Source: the human T2T-CHM13v2.0 reference genome, Homo sapiens. From it: a DNA stretch of 64,000 nt. The notes under the pieces were generated by a model. That model made no database searches. It had not been told where the DNA came from and saw only the letters and a program-made list of their open reading frames with translations. The stretch lies in assembly GCF_009914755.1 (NCBI RefSeq), contig NC_060933.1. The stretch is one strand, 5' to 3'. Positions 60,901 through 64,000 of this stretch are shown piece by piece (position 1 is the stretch's first letter; the number at the start of each line of letters is the position of its first letter). The translations under genes were made by a program, and so were the position numbers.

Positions 60901-63900
60901 GAATGGAATGGAATGGAATGGAATGGAATGGAATGGAATGGAATGGAATCAACCCGAGTAGGATGGAATGGAATGGAATAGAATGTAATGGAATGGAATG
61001 CTACGGAATAGAAATGAATGGAACGAAATGGAATAGAATGCTTTGAACCCACATGAAATGGAATGGAATGGAATGGAATTGTGTGGAATGGAATGGAATG
61101 GAATGGAATGTAAAGGAACTGAATAGAATCAACCCGAGTGGAATGGGATGGAATGGAATGGAGCGGATGGGAATGGAATGGAATGGAATGGATTGGAATC
61201 AACCCGAATAGAATAGAATGAAATGGCATCAACCCGATTGCAATGGCATGGAATGGTAAGGAAATGAATGGAATGGAATGGTACGGAATAGAATGGAATG
61301 GAACGAAATGGAATGAAATTGATTCAACCCAATTGGAGTGGAATGGAATGGAATGGAATTGTGTGGAATGGAATGGAATGGAATCGAGTGTAAAGGAAAT
61401 GAATAGAATCAACCCGAATGGAATGGAATGGAAAAGAATGGAATGGAATGGAATGGAATGGAATGGAATGGAATGGAATGGAATGGAATCAACTCGAGTG
61501 GAATGGAATGGATTGGAATGGAATGCAATGGAATGGAATGTAATGGAATGGAATCATTCCGAGTGGAATGGAAGGGAATGTAATTGAGTGGAATGGAAAG
61601 GAATGGAATCAACCCGAGTGCAATGGAATGGAATGGAATGGAATGGAATGGAATGGAATGGAATGGAATCTACCAGAATGGAATGGAATGGAATGGAATG
61701 GAATGGAATGGAATGGAATGCAATGGAATGGAATGGAATGGAATGGAATGTACCCGAGTGGAATGGAATGTAATGGAATTGTACGGCATGGAATGGAATG
61801 AAACGGAATAGAATGGAATGGAATCAAATCGGGTGGAATGGAATGGAATGGAACTGAATCAAACAGAGTGGAATGGAATGGAATGGAATGGAATGGAATG
61901 GAATGGAATCACCCCGAATGGAATGGAGTGGAACGGAATGGAATGGAATGGAATGAAATGGAATGGAATGGAATGGAATCAACCGGAGTGCAATTGAATG
62001 GAATCGAATGGAATGCAATGGAATGGAATGGATTCAACAAGAATGGAGTGGAAAGTAATGGAATCAACCCGAGTTGAATGGCATGGAATGGAATGGAATG
62101 CAATGGATTGGAATGGAATGGAATGGTACGGAATAGAATGGAATGGAACGAAATGGAATGGAATGGAATGGAATGCAATTGTGTGCAATGGAATGGAATG
62201 GAATGGAGTGTAAACGAAGTGAATAGAATCAACCCGAATAGAATGGAATGTAATGGAATGGAAAGGAATGGAATGGAATGGAATGGAATGGAATCAACTC
62301 GAGTGGAATGGAATGGAATGGATTGGAATGGAATGCAATGGAATTGAATGGAATCATTCCGAGTGGAATGGAAGGGAATGTTATCCAGTGGAATGGAAAG
62401 GAATGGAATCAACCGGAATGAAATGGCGTGGAATGGAATCAACCCGAGTGGAATGGCATGGAATGGAATGGAATGGAAAGGAGTGGAATGGTACGGATTA
62501 GAATGAAATGGAACGAAATGGACTGGAATGGATTCAACCCAATTGGAATGGTAAGGTATGGAATGGAATGGAATAGTGTGGAATGGAATGGAATGGAATG
62601 GAGTGTAAAGGAATTGAATAGCGTCAACCCGAATTGAATGGAATGGAATGGAACGGAATGGAATGGAATAGAATGTAATGGAATCAACCCGAGTGCAGGG
62701 GAATGGAATGGAATGGAATGGAAAGGAATGCAATGGAATGGAATGGAATCATTCCGAGTGGAATGGAAGTCAATGTAATCGAGTGGAATGGAAAGGAATG
62801 GAATCAACCCGAGTTCAGTGGAATGGAATGGAATGGAATGGAATAGAATGGAATGGAATGGAATGGAATGGAATGGAGTCTACCAGAAAGGAATGGAATG
62901 GAATGGAATGGAATGGAATGGAATGGGATGTACCCGAATGGAAAGGAATGGAATAGAATCGTATGGCGTGGAATGGAATGAAACGGAATAGAATGGAATG
63001 GAATCAAATCGCATGGAATGGAATGGAACTGAATCAAACAGAGTGGAATGGAATGGAATGGAATGGAATGGAATGGAATGGAATGGAATGAAGTCATCCC
63101 GAATGGAATGGAGTCGAATGGAATGGAATGGAATGGAATGGATTCAACCCGAATGCAGTGGAAAGGAATGGAATCAACCAGAGTGCAATGGCACGGAATG
63201 GAATGTAATGCAATGGAATGGAATGGAATGGAATGGTACTGAATAGAATGGAATGGAACGAAATGGAATGGAATGGAATGGAATGGAATGGAATGGAATC
63301 ATTCCGAGTGGAATAGACGGGAATGTATTCGAGTGGAATGGAAAGGAATGGAATCAACCCGAGTGGAATGGAAGGGAATGGAATGGAATGGAAAGGAAAA
63401 GAATGGAATCAACCCGAGTGGAGTGGAATGGAAAGGAATGAAATGGAATGGAATGGAATGGAATGGAATCAACTCGAGTGCAATGGAATGGAATGGAAAG
63501 GAATGGAATGGAATGGAATGGAATGGAATGGAATGGAATGGAATGGAATGGAATCAACCCGAATACAATGGAATGAAATGGAATCAACCCGAATGGAATG
63601 GCATGGAATGGAAAGGAATGGAATGGAATGGAATGGTACGTAATAGAATGGAATGGAACGAAATGCAATGGAATGGATTCAACCCGATTGGAATGGAATG
63701 GAATGGAATGGAATGAAATGGAATTGTGTGGAATTGAATAGAATGGAATGGAGTGTAAAGGAATTGAATAGAATCAACCCGAATTGAATGGAAAGGAATG
63801 GAATGGAACGGAATGGAATGGAATGGAATGGAATGGAATGGAATGGAATGGAATGGAACGGAATCAACTCGAGTGGAATGGAATGGAATGGAATAGATTG

Positions 63901-64000
63901 GAATGGAATGCAATGGAAGGGAATGGAAGGGAATGGAACCGAATGGAATCATTCCGAGTGGAATGGAAGGGAATAGAATCAAGTGGAATGGAAAGGAATG
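54973..64000 (+). repeat. Human satellite 3 (HSat3, GGAAT strand), probably B-type; runs off the window end
   Basis: (GGAAT)n interspersed with ATCAACCCGAGT, ATCAACTCGAGT and ATCATTCCGAGT. It lacks the dense GAATCGAATGG/ATCATC pattern of HSat2. Confidence 0.96.

Noticed and set aside
54972-64000. Dozens of MEWNG/IPFHS ORFs up to 274 aa
   Set aside because: They are translations of (GGAAT)n, which has few stop codons. There is no evidence of coding function.
54973-64000. Repeat-spacer (CRISPR-like) appearance
   Set aside because: This is a eukaryotic pentamer satellite with recurring variants, no unique spacers and no cas genes.

Overview
This is primate DNA, almost certainly human (it carries an L1HS pre-Ta element), and it spans the boundary between a pericentromeric segmental duplication and a satellite array. 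Positions 1-54,971 are AT-rich and repeat-dense (L1, Alu, MaLR/ERV solo LTRs, Tigger, L2/MIR). Positions ~54,973-64,000 are a human satellite 3 (GGAAT)n array. No intact protein-coding gene is supported. The main elements are: (1) a CFTR exon 10 (legacy exon 9) pseudo-exon inside a complete L1 3'-transduction with TSD, twin-priming inversion and two poly(A) tails; (2) an AluY-L1PA2 chimeric insertion under one TSD; (3) a pre-Ta L1HS with a 5' inversion, a ~1.7 kb gap and a 103-bp internal deletion; (4) a chain of phase-compatible, splice-site-bounded exon candidates on the minus strand that may be a decayed multi-exon gene I cannot name, with a GTAAGT donor at the satellite junction. Part of the block resembles, from memory and unverified, the subtelomeric/pericentromeric duplicon carrying AL627309.1/LINC00266-type lncRNAs. 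The CFTR pseudo-exon next to HSat3 suggests a location such as the chr20 pericentromere (inference). Repeat subfamily calls were made by eye, without RepeatMasker.
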